Below are positions 38,501 through 48,032 of a DNA stretch of 64,000 nt, in pieces. Both the position numbers and the translations under genes were made by a program. The DNA comes from a virus (Duplodnaviria > Caudoviricetes), in the IMG/VR virus record IMGVR_UViG_3300024262_000013; one strand, written 5' to 3'. Under the pieces are notes generated by a model. The model had not been told where the DNA came from. It was given only the letters and a program-made list of their open reading frames with translations, and did not search any database. Position 1 is the stretch's first letter. Every line of letters begins with the position of its first letter.

Positions 38501-41500
38501 ATAATGGAGCGACTAATAACCTAACATCAACACAGACAACATCACTTTTAAATACCCCTTATTTTACTAACGCATTATTAAAAGGTGTGTCGGGTGAAAC
38601 TAATGGTAATGTTAATCCATATGTTGGTTTAGGTTACCTTTATTTAAACTCACTTCCATTACCAACACTAAGCGAAAAATATTTAAGTCGAAATGAAAGT
38701 GAGGCGGGTGTTACAACAACTAAATGGGGGGATAACATATATGCGGGACTAAGTAAATTTGCGGCAATACATAAGATACCCTATCTTTGGTTATTAAAAT
38801 ACGGTTCAATATGGCATAGATATAAAGAGGATAAAAATGGTAATGGTGATATATTAAATGATATATGGGGGGATTTTAATTATGTTAACGCGTATGACCC
38901 GATTACCAATAATATAAATAAAGTATATGACATTCAAAACTATACTGGTGGTTCAACGACATACGTACCTCAAACAACTTTAACTACAACTGTTAGTGGT
39001 GTTACAACAGATTTTCAATTCACTAATAATGGTTTTTACCCTAAAGTGGTTAACGATACTTATAAATTTTTTACTGGTAAATCACCCCTAATCAATTATA
39101 GTAATAGTGAAATGAATGACCTTTTTAATAACGGTAATTTTAAATTAGGTAAATCACAAAGTAATATTTTATCTGCGGGGTATGACCCAAGTAATACAGG
39201 TAAGACCATGCAATATAGTAGTTACTTCCAATACTTTGATATTGAAGGTAATACAAGTTTTGATTTTGATATGGGCGGACCATTAGATTTAATGACTGGG
39301 AACACGGCAACCAATAGTAGTAAGATGTTAATAATACCATCGTCAGGGTATTTAAAATTTACACAAGCACAAAGAGAATGTTTAAATGCACAAGGTAAAT
39401 TAACTCAAAATATTGATATTAATAACAAGTCTATTCAGAATGGGAATGTTAGGTCATTATGGTCGGCCTCAAATAACGGTTACTTTAATAACCAATGGGT
39501 TAAAAAGCCAAAGACTACAGAGTATATCAAACTTATTGATAACGATAAAAATCAACAAAATGCGTTTAATTTAATTAATACAAGTAGTGATGATGACTAT
39601 AAATCTATAGAAGAAATCTTTGCAATATTTTCTAAAGAAATGTTAGATGAGTTTGAAAGACATTTCTTAAACTTCTGTAAAAAAGAAAAAGATTACAATC
39701 AGATAGTTTTTAATCCATCCGCTAAAAATGATGACGAGTATTTAGGGTCATTTAATATTGAATATGATAATAACATCGAAAGGGTGATGAAAAGTCTATT
39801 GATTATTGATAAACCTAACTTAGGTACTGATTCAGAAGACGATGCAAAGAGTATTTCGGAAAAACAAATGGAAAACTTTGTTAACTTAAATAAAACACAA
39901 ATTACTGAAAGAGATGTCGTTTTAAAGATTGGTAACCCAGGTAGGTTTAATAGAAGAGTTTTTGACTCATTCTCAACGAATGAAAAAATAGTACCTATTG
40001 ACCCCATAGATTTTAGTTATTATGTAGAAGGTACGGTACCTACGTCATCAAATGCGACTACGTTGTTAGGTAGTCAGGGTAATTTTCCTGATGTATGGAG
40101 TGAGTTATATCTAAGGGTGGGTGACTACTCTGAAAACAATATTAAGTATTCAGATAATGGGTCATACATTACGGACTTCTTTCCAACGATGGATATTAAG
40201 TTTACTAAAGAAAATGTAAGAGATTTGTCACAAATTATTAAAGTATTTGTGACAGAAAAATTTGATAACAACAACCTAACTAAAAGTGATTTTCAACAAA
40301 CCTTTGATTCGTTTATGTCTGAACAGGTTACATATCAAAATAATATGTTAAATCAGATTTTTACTACTTTAAATAAAACTTTACCCTCGGTAAAGGTAAA
40401 TAATACTCAGGTTAGAATATCTAAATTAGACGATAAGGACGGACTACTAAAGACTGAATTATGGTCAACATTTAAAAACTTTAATGATAGGTGGATATCG
40501 GGTCAAGATGTTAAAAATAAAACATTATTCGAACAATTTTTATTTCTAGATAAAGCTAATAGACCTATAGGTGATGATGTAGTTATTAATATTGAAGAGT
40601 TAAGGTATTTCTTAAAAAATTCTAATGGTAGTGCGAGTGTTTTATCTCTTATAGGTCATATTTTAGAAAAAAATAACTTCATTTTTATGCCGACACCGTC
40701 ATATTCAAATTTCTATGGTAGGAATGAAAGAGTTAAAGAAGGTATGCCTGACCCATCTTTTAGTGATATTGCTAATAATACCTTTGGAACATTTTTAGAG
40801 GTGGATACTCACACTTCTGAACCTAAATTACTAGCAATTTATGTTGGTAAAGTTTCTGAGACTATAAATACTTCACCTGAGAATCAGAATTACTTATATG
40901 GTGATGATTCGTTTGATATAACTAAACCTTCACAATCACCCGTTCGAGCATCGGAAGATGGTGTAACAAATTTTTCAAATAGAAACAAAGTAGTTGCGTT
41001 TAATGTAGATTTTGGTATACAAAATCAAAGTATATTTAAGTCTATTTCAATTGATATGGCTCAAAGAAAAAATATTGCTCCAACATTCCAAATATTGGCA
41101 AACATGGGTTCACAGGCTGACGGTCAAAAAGTGGCTCAACAATCGGTCAGTTTATATAATTTTTATAAAAGTGCCAGTTATAATTGTAATGTTACATCAA
41201 TGGGTAATGTGATGATTCAACCCACAATGTATTTTAATTTAAGATATGTACCAATGTTTTATGGTCCTTATTTAATAACTAGTGTAACTCATGATATTAC
41301 AACTAGAGATTTTGTGACTAGCTTTGAGGGTGTACGTATATCAAAATATTCGTTAAAAATGCCTGACGGGTTAATTGCTAGCGTAAATAGAGAAATTGTA
41401 CAAAACTATCTTTCTCAAGTTAGGAGAATACCAACATTGGCTGGTTCAACAGGGGATACGGTTAATAGAGCTAACTCGATTAAAAATAGTACAACTAAAA

Positions 41501-42126
41501 GTGGTAGTAAGACCGAAATAAGTGATGTCCAAAAATGTGTTGCATGTCAAAAAATAAGTAAACCATACGTTAAATTAGAAAAAACCCAATTGAATCAATC
41601 TAATTTTAAAACCATAATTAATAGTGGTACCCTCGATGATAGTGTAAAGAAATTTATTTTTGGTATTGGGTATGTTGAGAATGGGTTTAATACTGAGGTT
41701 AGAAGTGTTAACAATAACCTCTTCAATCTAAAAAATATGAAGGAAAATGCGGCGTGGACCATTAATTTTGAGGAACAAACTTGTGTTGATGATAATAACA
41801 ACGCAATACCTTATCTTTCATTTAAAACCGTAGATGAATCTGTAAGATTTATGGAAAAAGTATGTTCACAATATAGCCAAATAATTGATGCATTCTTAGT
41901 TAATTCAACTATTAATGGTAATATCTCTAAAACTTATGCCTATTTATGGTATTACACTTTTAGATTTACAACTTTTGATAAAGAATTAAGTGCTGGTAGT
42001 AATATTGATGATTCTATTATTGCATCAGTAAACCATGATTTAACCACTAATTCTCAGTCGAAACAACTTTTTGATAATGCTGAAGCGAAATTTAAAAGTA
42101 AAATAATTGTGTGGGATAACAGTTAA
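35533..42126 (+). CDS. Giant baseplate hub-like virion protein (~2200 aa)
   Basis: Follows the gp53-like gene. CNVTSMGNVMIQPTMYFNLRYVPMFYGPYLITSVTHDI...FVTSFEGVR resembles a gp27/gpD hub C-terminus. Likely start ATG 35533 (MADNKFF). Confidence 0.6.
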   Translation: MADNKFFGNDKVYVETDYDNVVVVDPNKVVNSDGTVQERNVKAENLMTYANLEARVIPRTKLAAGSNYGDSVKNVGVAQLKVNFLEGNAQNQKEPNVNLGGSMNDDPKYFDTSWTDQFFGQDSNGSTDIFSDTNNVDAQLLGITKINIKMNPAFVPTVTIEMTDVQGRVLFEKGDKSPYSLFMNLPYPIFILTVKGHYGKAIKLELMLKDFNARFDPSDGSYKITTSYVARSHAFLQDTLLDYLYTTPHMYPKSYELENVKGIPAGGTVAMDKIDTTKGMEKIKEVYSLYKSKGLIDEDFPEITLNQMRMRLEYFNRYVMEAYSKEDMSVLNDVVSYEQGIRTYRTKVYPDIGENWFNQYVDSTSLYILNDTKASKLYGLKKELDAQGRRTAISKLKIIVDEGNKTLKDNPTFYSPGKYVIEGKDNPSKISVNIKASDFITNITDPSVINYKDTYIGRNGNVPTETQLADFELKLKAEFAVASKSYKVGPDGELQETENPSVLISFGNVIKDKNYMNGSFLAKLAKIESTFKEKRETIEKQLSEALAKKIISSDVGLGFNPTMNNVLAVICANAEAFYRLMDNTHTDAWEVRTDPVRLSAIIPPEKSFGVEGKNSLKTVTVGGLGDTLENPQIVYPWPQYFEEEVTKEGDSKYVLKYPGQEDVINTIQGYDYSIWPEIQFVEEYLTASLERDKPKININYGNETQVSKYIGINSVEFPFEHTPYSNEEFVSFFYEIYERTYLGANYTKVIRNNNFRKTLYNVLADFESVNIKDGLDNIPELMKILKEFKFNASTFNQYLLSISNNGEGSYYARKSRDIFTQDYIKGYMDVDFGIYSIESMNSNSMEIVSSVDSVKDLEQYITSSSSNATTLMDVYPFNNLIWLQKNTSKGTSVGSIEKANGTESVMNFNILKKTIATFDDQSDTDERYNNSYMTYFQYEKNYPSNPNQNTSNNSDSTQYETNAQSIVYYNNRENKDFYLTEGSLNYGTDYNGATNNLTSTQTTSLLNTPYFTNALLKGVSGETNGNVNPYVGLGYLYLNSLPLPTLSEKYLSRNESEAGVTTTKWGDNIYAGLSKFAAIHKIPYLWLLKYGSIWHRYKEDKNGNGDILNDIWGDFNYVNAYDPITNNINKVYDIQNYTGGSTTYVPQTTLTTTVSGVTTDFQFTNNGFYPKVVNDTYKFFTGKSPLINYSNSEMNDLFNNGNFKLGKSQSNILSAGYDPSNTGKTMQYSSYFQYFDIEGNTSFDFDMGGPLDLMTGNTATNSSKMLIIPSSGYLKFTQAQRECLNAQGKLTQNIDINNKSIQNGNVRSLWSASNNGYFNNQWVKKPKTTEYIKLIDNDKNQQNAFNLINTSSDDDYKSIEEIFAIFSKEMLDEFERHFLNFCKKEKDYNQIVFNPSAKNDDEYLGSFNIEYDNNIERVMKSLLIIDKPNLGTDSEDDAKSISEKQMENFVNLNKTQITERDVVLKIGNPGRFNRRVFDSFSTNEKIVPIDPIDFSYYVEGTVPTSSNATTLLGSQGNFPDVWSELYLRVGDYSENNIKYSDNGSYITDFFPTMDIKFTKENVRDLSQIIKVFVTEKFDNNNLTKSDFQQTFDSFMSEQVTYQNNMLNQIFTTLNKTLPSVKVNNTQVRISKLDDKDGLLKTELWSTFKNFNDRWISGQDVKNKTLFEQFLFLDKANRPIGDDVVINIEELRYFLKNSNGSASVLSLIGHILEKNNFIFMPTPSYSNFYGRNERVKEGMPDPSFSDIANNTFGTFLEVDTHTSEPKLLAIYVGKVSETINTSPENQNYLYGDDSFDITKPSQSPVRASEDGVTNFSNRNKVVAFNVDFGIQNQSIFKSISIDMAQRKNIAPTFQILANMGSQADGQKVAQQSVSLYNFYKSASYNCNVTSMGNVMIQPTMYFNLRYVPMFYGPYLITSVTHDITTRDFVTSFEGVRISKYSLKMPDGLIASVNREIVQNYLSQVRRIPTLAGSTGDTVNRANSIKNSTTKSGSKTEISDVQKCVACQKISKPYVKLEKTQLNQSNFKTIINSGTLDDSVKKFIFGIGYVENGFNTEVRSVNNNLFNLKNMKENAAWTINFEEQTCVDDNNNAIPYLSFKTVDESVRFMEKVCSQYSQIIDAFLVNSTINGNISKTYAYLWYYTFRFTTFDKELSAGSNIDDSIIASVNHDLTTNSQSKQLFDNAEAKFKSKIIVWDNS

Positions 42127-42170
42127 TTTAAGAAAAAGAGTAATTTGCTTATATTTATAAATAAAAGATT

Positions 42171-42395
42171 ATGGATACTAAAACATTATTAGACCAGTAT
42201 TTGTCAAAAGACACTAGAATTACTGAAAAAAATACAGGTAACGGTTACAAAGAAGTTTGTGATTTAGACACTGGGGACTGTTATACCGTAAGAATGAGAG
42301 ATGGCCTTATAGAACGAGTTGATAATTCTATAAAATTAAATAGGACTTTAAGAGTTGAAACACCTGAAGGGGTGAAGACACTTTTAAACGGTTAA
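42171..42395 (+). CDS. Hypothetical protein
   Basis: 74-aa ORF preceded by TATTTATA and an A-rich leader. Confidence 0.6.
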   Translation: MDTKTLLDQYLSKDTRITEKNTGNGYKEVCDLDTGDCYTVRMRDGLIERVDNSIKLNRTLRVETPEGVKTLLNG

Positions 42396-42407
42396 AAAAA
42401 AAACAAA

Positions 42408-43028
42408 ATGTCTGTAGATAAAAAAATATTAGAAGAAATACGTAAATATAATAATATTAACCAGTATATTTCGGAACAAGAAATACCTTTACCTGAACCT
42501 ATTGACGGTGGTGAAGAAGAAATTAGTTTAGATAGTGATGAACTTGAAATGGATGACGTACAACCGGTAGATGTCGAGTCTGACCCCGATGTTGAAGTTG
42601 TTGGTGAACCTGAAGTTGATTCAGTAAGTTCAGAAGATAGCGGTACTGAGGAATTAGATATTACCGATTTAGTTACAGCACAAAAAGATATGTCAACTAA
42701 ACAAGAAGAGTACATGGATAGTATGATGGATAGGTTAAACGACTTAACTTCTAAATTATCTGATATGGACACTATAATTACTAAGATTAACGACTTAGAA
42801 AATAAAGTTGAGAAGTACCGTCAAAAGTCTCCTGAAGAAAAATTATCGTTAAGGAGTTTAGATAGTTACCCTTACAATCAAAAGTTAACTGACTTTTTTA
42901 TGGACAAAGGACCTGACATGGAAAAAACGGGAAAAAATGAATATGTTTTAACTTCCGATGAAGTGGAGAGTTATACTGATAGTGATGTTAGGAAATCATT
43001 TGACACACCATTTGAACAAGAGTATTAA
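42408..43028 (+). CDS. Hypothetical acidic coiled-coil protein
   Basis: 206 aa, very D/E-rich, with a heptad-like segment (MDRLNDLTSKLSDMDTIITKINDLENKVEK). Confidence 0.65.
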   Translation: MSVDKKILEEIRKYNNINQYISEQEIPLPEPIDGGEEEISLDSDELEMDDVQPVDVESDPDVEVVGEPEVDSVSSEDSGTEELDITDLVTAQKDMSTKQEEYMDSMMDRLNDLTSKLSDMDTIITKINDLENKVEKYRQKSPEEKLSLRSLDSYPYNQKLTDFFMDKGPDMEKTGKNEYVLTSDEVESYTDSDVRKSFDTPFEQEY

Positions 43029-43056
43029 AACCCAAACACAAATATAAATAACACTA

Positions 43057-43085
43057 AAAGACCATTCATTAATGGTCTTTTTTTA
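43057..43085 (+). terminator. Rho-independent terminator
   Basis: AAAGACCATT-catt-AATGGTCTTT perfect 10-bp stem plus T-run. Confidence 0.8.
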
Positions 43086-43086
43086 T

Positions 43087-43114
43087 TTGACTTAGTGAGT
43101 TTCTTTGTTATATT
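43087..43114 (+). promoter_or_regulatory. Host-RNAP promoter for the replication block
   Basis: TTGACT-16-TATATT with TG-n extension, immediately after the terminator. Confidence 0.6.
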
Positions 43115-43164
43115 ATTACTTGAGTAAACGATAATAATTTAAAAACAGAGAAAACAGAAAAACT

Positions 43165-44025
43165 ATGGCAAATGCATTAGACGCAGTATTGGCTCAGTAT
43201 GAGCAAAATACTTCAAAAACAAACACAGGAAAACAATCTATCTCACAAGAAGATAGACTAAAACGTTATTTCACCACTTACCTACCAAAAGGTACGAAAT
43301 CAGGTCAGAAAAGAGTACGTATTTTACCAACACCTGATGGTTCATCCCCTTTTAAAGAAGTGTGGTACCATGAAGTACAGGTTGACGGTAAATGGACAAA
43401 ACTATATGACCCAGGAAAAAATGACGGAGAACGTTCACCTCTTACTGAGGTTTACGAAGAATTAATCTCAACAGGTAAAGAATCAGATAAAGATTTAGCT
43501 AGACAATATCGTCCACGTAAATTTTATATTGTAAAACTTATCGATAGAGAAAACGAAGACCACGGACCTAAATTTTGGAGATTCAAAGATAACTACAAAC
43601 AAGAAGGTATTTTAGATAAGATTATTCCAATATGGAAAGCTAAGGGAGATATTACAAATGCGGATGAAGGTCGTGACCTAATGGTCGAACTTTCAAAGGC
43701 GAAAACACCTAAAGGTATTGAGTACACAGTTGTTCAAACAGTTATGTATGACGACCCGTGTGTAATCCATGAAGACAAAGCTCAGATGAAAGAATGGATG
43801 ACTGATGGGTCAACATGGCAGGACGTGTACGCTCAGAAACCCGTAGAATACTTAGAGGCTATTGCAAGAGGTGAGACACCTGTTTGGAATACAGATTTAA
43901 AAAAGTACGTTTATGGAGACGATTCGTCTGAAGTTGTATTAGGGGGTTCTAATGAGCCGACTAAGACTGAAGAAACCATTGACCCACAATCAAGTGAAAG
44001 TGTAGACACAAATCTACCGTTTTAA
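43165..44025 (+). CDS. Single-stranded DNA-binding protein (T4 gp32-like)
   Basis: RVRILP...PFKEVWYH, RPRKFYIVKLIDRENE...PKFWRF, DITNADEGRDL; acidic C-tail ending LPF; leads the replication genes. Confidence 0.75.
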   Translation: MANALDAVLAQYEQNTSKTNTGKQSISQEDRLKRYFTTYLPKGTKSGQKRVRILPTPDGSSPFKEVWYHEVQVDGKWTKLYDPGKNDGERSPLTEVYEELISTGKESDKDLARQYRPRKFYIVKLIDRENEDHGPKFWRFKDNYKQEGILDKIIPIWKAKGDITNADEGRDLMVELSKAKTPKGIEYTVVQTVMYDDPCVIHEDKAQMKEWMTDGSTWQDVYAQKPVEYLEAIARGETPVWNTDLKKYVYGDDSSEVVLGGSNEPTKTEETIDPQSSESVDTNLPF

Positions 44026-44051
44026 AGAAAAACTAATTAATTAATTAATTG

Positions 44052-44079
44052 ATGGTAACGACATTCGTGTCGTTACCAT
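44052..44079 (+). terminator. 12-bp UUCG hairpin between ssb and recA-like genes
   Basis: ATGGTAACGACA-TTCG-TGTCGTTACCAT perfect stem with a weak U-tail. Confidence 0.55.
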
Positions 44080-44097
44080 TATTATTCTTAAAAAAAT

Positions 44098-45102
44098 ATG
44101 ACAATAAAGAAAAAAGATTTTAGTAGTATAAAAAAGAAATTTTCTACATCTGCAAAATATAAACCACAAAGGTTTTTTGATTTGGGTGAGGATTTCTTAG
44201 ATGCTGTCGGATTACCCGGGCCAGCAATAGGTCATTTAAATATGTTTTTAGGACATTCAGATACGGGTAAAACAACTGCGTTAGTAAAAGCCGCGGTAGA
44301 CGCGCAGAAAAAAGGTATATTACCTGTATTCATTATTACGGAACAAAAATGGTCTTTTGAACACGCAAAACTTATGGGTTTTGATTGTAATGAAGTGGTT
44401 GATGAAGAAACGGGTGAATTAGATTGGGACGGGTTTTTTATTTTTAATAATAATTTTAATTATATAGAACAAATAACTGACTTTATTAATGAGTTATTAG
44501 ATGCTCAGTCTAAGGGTGAGTTAGATTACGACTTATTGTTCTTATGGGATTCCGTAGGTTCAGTACCATGCAAAATGACTTTTGATGGTAAAGGTGGTAA
44601 AATGCATAATGCGTCCACGTTAGCGGATAAAATAGGTATGGGTATCAACCAAAGAATATCGGGTTCGCGTAGAGCGGATTCTAAGTATGAAAACACTTTA
44701 TTAATCGTTAATCAACCTTGGGTACAACTTCCTGATAATCCATTTGGTCAACCTAAGATAAAGAGTAAAGGGGGTGAAGCGATTTGGTTAAACTCTTCTT
44801 TAGTTTTCTTATTTGGTAATCAAAAAGACGCGGGTACTACCACTATATCTGCAGTTAAGAACAAAAGAAAAGTGAAGTTCGCGTCCAGAACAAAAATATC
44901 GGTAATGAAAAATCATATCAACGGATTAGGGTATGCTGATGGGAAAATAATTGTAACTCCTCACGGATTCTTGGCGGGTAAAGAAAGTACTGAGGAAAAA
45001 AAATCAATTGAAAAATACAAAGGTGAACAATCTGAGTATTGGAAAGAAGTTATCGGAGTTGAAGGTGACTTTAAGTTAGAAGAGGAAAAAAAAGAACAGT
45101 AA
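44098..45102 (+). CDS. recA: RecA/UvsX-like recombinase
   Basis: GHSDTGKT (Walker A), FIITE, LWDSVG (Walker B), LIVNQ, GGEAIWLNSS, KNHI. Confidence 0.85.
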   Translation: MTIKKKDFSSIKKKFSTSAKYKPQRFFDLGEDFLDAVGLPGPAIGHLNMFLGHSDTGKTTALVKAAVDAQKKGILPVFIITEQKWSFEHAKLMGFDCNEVVDEETGELDWDGFFIFNNNFNYIEQITDFINELLDAQSKGELDYDLLFLWDSVGSVPCKMTFDGKGGKMHNASTLADKIGMGINQRISGSRRADSKYENTLLIVNQPWVQLPDNPFGQPKIKSKGGEAIWLNSSLVFLFGNQKDAGTTTISAVKNKRKVKFASRTKISVMKNHINGLGYADGKIIVTPHGFLAGKESTEEKKSIEKYKGEQSEYWKEVIGVEGDFKLEEEKKEQ

Positions 45103-45120
45103 CAATTTAACACAAATAAA

Positions 45121-46137
45121 GTGGTTAAAACATTATTAATTGACGGAAATAATTTATTTAAAATAGGTTTTCATGGAGTAAGAGATTTCTATCATGAGGG
45201 AAAACATATTGGAGGTTTATACCATTTTGTTAATACAATCAAAAAGTTTCTTAATGAACACAATCACGATAAAGTGATTGTGTTTTGGGATGGGGAGAAT
45301 AACTCGTCCCAAAGAAAACTTATTTCACCCGAATATAAGGGTAATCGTAAACAGACATTAAACGAAGCAAAAAGAGAATCGTTTGAATGGCAGGTACAAC
45401 AAGTTAAAGCATATCTTGAAGAAATGTTCATTAGGCAAGTATCGGTTAAAGATACTGAGAGCGATGACTTAATTGCGTATTACTGTCAGATATCTGAAAA
45501 TGAATATAAAACTATATATTCTTCAGATAAGGACCTCACACAACTTATATCAGACAAAGTGGAAGTGTACCAACCGATGAAGAAGATAACCCTTAGAAAC
45601 GGAGATTTGGTACCTTTAAAGGATATCTCCATCCCACATCAGAACATAGCAACTTTTAAAATTATATCAGGCGATAAATCTGATAATATTGACGGTATTC
45701 AATATATGGGTGAAAAAACATTTGTTAAGTTATTCCCCAAAATAGTTGATAGTGTAGTAACTATTGACGATATTATAATACGTGCAGAGGAACTACATAA
45801 AACGGATAAAGACAATCGAGCATTACAAAATTTACTCTCTGGTAAAACAAAAAGAGGAATTTACGGTGAAGAGTTTTTTATAATCAATAAAAAACTCGTA
45901 GATTTGTCTCAACCATTATTAAGTGAAGACTCAAAAGTAATTATTAAACAATACCATACAGAAAATTTAGACCCAGATGGTAGAGGATATAAAAATCTAA
46001 TGAGAATGATGATGAGTGATGGAATTTTTAAGTATCTACCAAAACATGATAATGCGTGGGTTGAATTTTTAACCCCTTTTATGAAATTAACAAGAAAAGA
46101 AAAAAGAAGATTTAAAACTAAAAAACGTTTAAGATGA
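45121..46137 (+). CDS. 5'-3' exonuclease / flap endonuclease (Pol I N-terminal, T4 RNase H-like)
   Basis: LLIDGNNL, VFWDG, YKGNR, ESDDLIA, SSDKDLTQL, GDKSDNIDGI..GEKT; GTG start. Confidence 0.9.
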   Translation: MVKTLLIDGNNLFKIGFHGVRDFYHEGKHIGGLYHFVNTIKKFLNEHNHDKVIVFWDGENNSSQRKLISPEYKGNRKQTLNEAKRESFEWQVQQVKAYLEEMFIRQVSVKDTESDDLIAYYCQISENEYKTIYSSDKDLTQLISDKVEVYQPMKKITLRNGDLVPLKDISIPHQNIATFKIISGDKSDNIDGIQYMGEKTFVKLFPKIVDSVVTIDDIIIRAEELHKTDKDNRALQNLLSGKTKRGIYGEEFFIINKKLVDLSQPLLSEDSKVIIKQYHTENLDPDGRGYKNLMRMMMSDGIFKYLPKHDNAWVEFLTPFMKLTRKEKRRFKTKKRLR

Positions 46138-46586
46138 AAGAAAAAACAGAAACAACCAAATTAGAGTTCTTAATGACTCTAAACGATAACTTTGTTGTAC
46201 AGAGGTACTTTAATGTTAAAGGGTACAATCCTAAAGCTAGGGGAAGCGTTGAGCTTTATGAAGTAGTGAAAACCGCTTCAGAAGTAATTCAAGACGACTT
46301 AAAGACTAAAGCGTCTAATTATTTAACTGAAAACGCTAGTCTTATTGAGGTTAACCCTGAACTTTTAGATACGTCAAATACTGACGGTGACGAGTACTTT
46401 AATATTTATATTAAAATTGGTGATGAGACAATTTGTCATAGAATATGGGACGCTAAATTATACCCACCTAAGACAAGATACACTGTGGATGTACGTCCAC
46501 ACCTAAAAAAGTTACTTCGTGAATTAACTGACACTTTTTCAAGTGAGAATTTAACATATGTCTACATGGATTATCAACTAGTTTAA
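46134..46586 (+). CDS. Hypothetical protein
   Basis: 150-aa ORF translationally coupled to the exonuclease. Confidence 0.65.
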   Translation: MKEKTETTKLEFLMTLNDNFVVQRYFNVKGYNPKARGSVELYEVVKTASEVIQDDLKTKASNYLTENASLIEVNPELLDTSNTDGDEYFNIYIKIGDETICHRIWDAKLYPPKTRYTVDVRPHLKKLLRELTDTFSSENLTYVYMDYQLV

Positions 46587-46629
46587 CCATATTTATAATT
46601 TATAAACGAAGATTAAAAAGCAATAAAAT

Positions 46630-48009
46630 ATGTCAAAAGAAAAAAATTTCGGGTACCTTGGAAACACCTTTCAGTTACAAATACTTAATAATATTATCCT
46701 ATATAAAGATTTTGCCAGTTCCATTGTAGACGTTCTCGAACCAAAATATTTTGACAATCAATATTTTAAGTTAATCATGCAGATGACCAAGGAGTATTAT
46801 CACAAATATGAACACGCCCCTTCATTCTCAACACTTGAACAAATAACTAAATCTGAGGTTTCATCGCCTATGGCTCAAAAAATGGTCTTAGATATGATAA
46901 CTCAGGTAGTTGACGCCCCTGAAGATGGGTACCAATATGTTCAAGAAAAAGCTTTAAAGTTCTGTAAACAACAAGAGTTACAGAAAGTTATGAGTAAGGC
47001 TCAAAAAATTATCGATAAAGGTGATTTTGAATCTTATGACCATTTAGAAGAAATGGTTAGAGAGGCTTTACAGGTGGGAGAAGTCGATACGGGAACCGCA
47101 GATGTTTTTTTTAATTTAGATGAGGTATTGGATGATGATTTCAGACACCCAATTCCTCTCGGAATAACAGGTATAGATAACCTATTGAAAGGTGGGTTAG
47201 CAAAAGGTGAAATTGGTGTTATTTTAGCTCCGACAGGTGTGGGTAAAACCACAGTTCTTAGTAAGATTGCAAATAATGCATTTAACTTAGGTTATAATGT
47301 TTTACAAATATTTTTTGAGGATAACCCTAAAATTATACAAAGAAAACACTTCACTATGTGGACAAAAATATCGCCCGATAATTTGTCAGTATATAAAGAA
47401 GATGTTTTGGAAAAAGTTAGACAGATTAAAGAAAACGCACCTAATAGACTTATTTTAAAAAAATTACCTTCGGATACATTAACGATGAATCAGATAAAGA
47501 ATCAAATGCGTAAGATGATTGCTGAGGGAATTAAATTAGACTTAGTTGTAGTCGACTACATTGATTGTATCGTTCCCGATAAAAATTTAGGGGATGAGTG
47601 GAAAAGTGAAGGTTCAGTTATGAGAGGATTTGAATCCATGTGTCATGAATTGGATATTGCGGGATGGACCGCCACTCAAGGTAACCGTTCGTCAATATCT
47701 TCTGAAGTCGTAACCACAGACCAAATGGGGGGTTCAATTAAAAAGGCCCAAGTAGGTCACGTTATTATTTCTATTGCAAAATCCCTACAACAGAAAGAAA
47801 TGAATTTAGCAACTATTGCAATTACTAAATCAAGAATTGGTAAAGATGGAATTGTATTTGAAAATTGCAAATTCGATAACGAAATGATAGAGATTGATAC
47901 AGATACTAGTGTTACCTTTTTAGGTATAGAAGAACAGAAAGAGGAGAAAAACAAGGTACGTATTCAAGAACTACTACAAAAGAGAAAACAAAGGGAAAGT
48001 CAAATATAA
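46630..48009 (+). CDS. dnaB: Replicative DNA helicase (DnaB / T4 gp41-like)
   Basis: LAPTGVGKT, QIFFED, VVVDYID, WTATQGNR, SIKKAQ, KSRIG. Confidence 0.9.
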   Translation: MSKEKNFGYLGNTFQLQILNNIILYKDFASSIVDVLEPKYFDNQYFKLIMQMTKEYYHKYEHAPSFSTLEQITKSEVSSPMAQKMVLDMITQVVDAPEDGYQYVQEKALKFCKQQELQKVMSKAQKIIDKGDFESYDHLEEMVREALQVGEVDTGTADVFFNLDEVLDDDFRHPIPLGITGIDNLLKGGLAKGEIGVILAPTGVGKTTVLSKIANNAFNLGYNVLQIFFEDNPKIIQRKHFTMWTKISPDNLSVYKEDVLEKVRQIKENAPNRLILKKLPSDTLTMNQIKNQMRKMIAEGIKLDLVVVDYIDCIVPDKNLGDEWKSEGSVMRGFESMCHELDIAGWTATQGNRSSISSEVVTTDQMGGSIKKAQVGHVIISIAKSLQQKEMNLATIAITKSRIGKDGIVFENCKFDNEMIEIDTDTSVTFLGIEEQKEEKNKVRIQELLQKRKQRESQI

Positions 48010-48032
48010 ATTTTTTTAAAAAGAATAACAAT

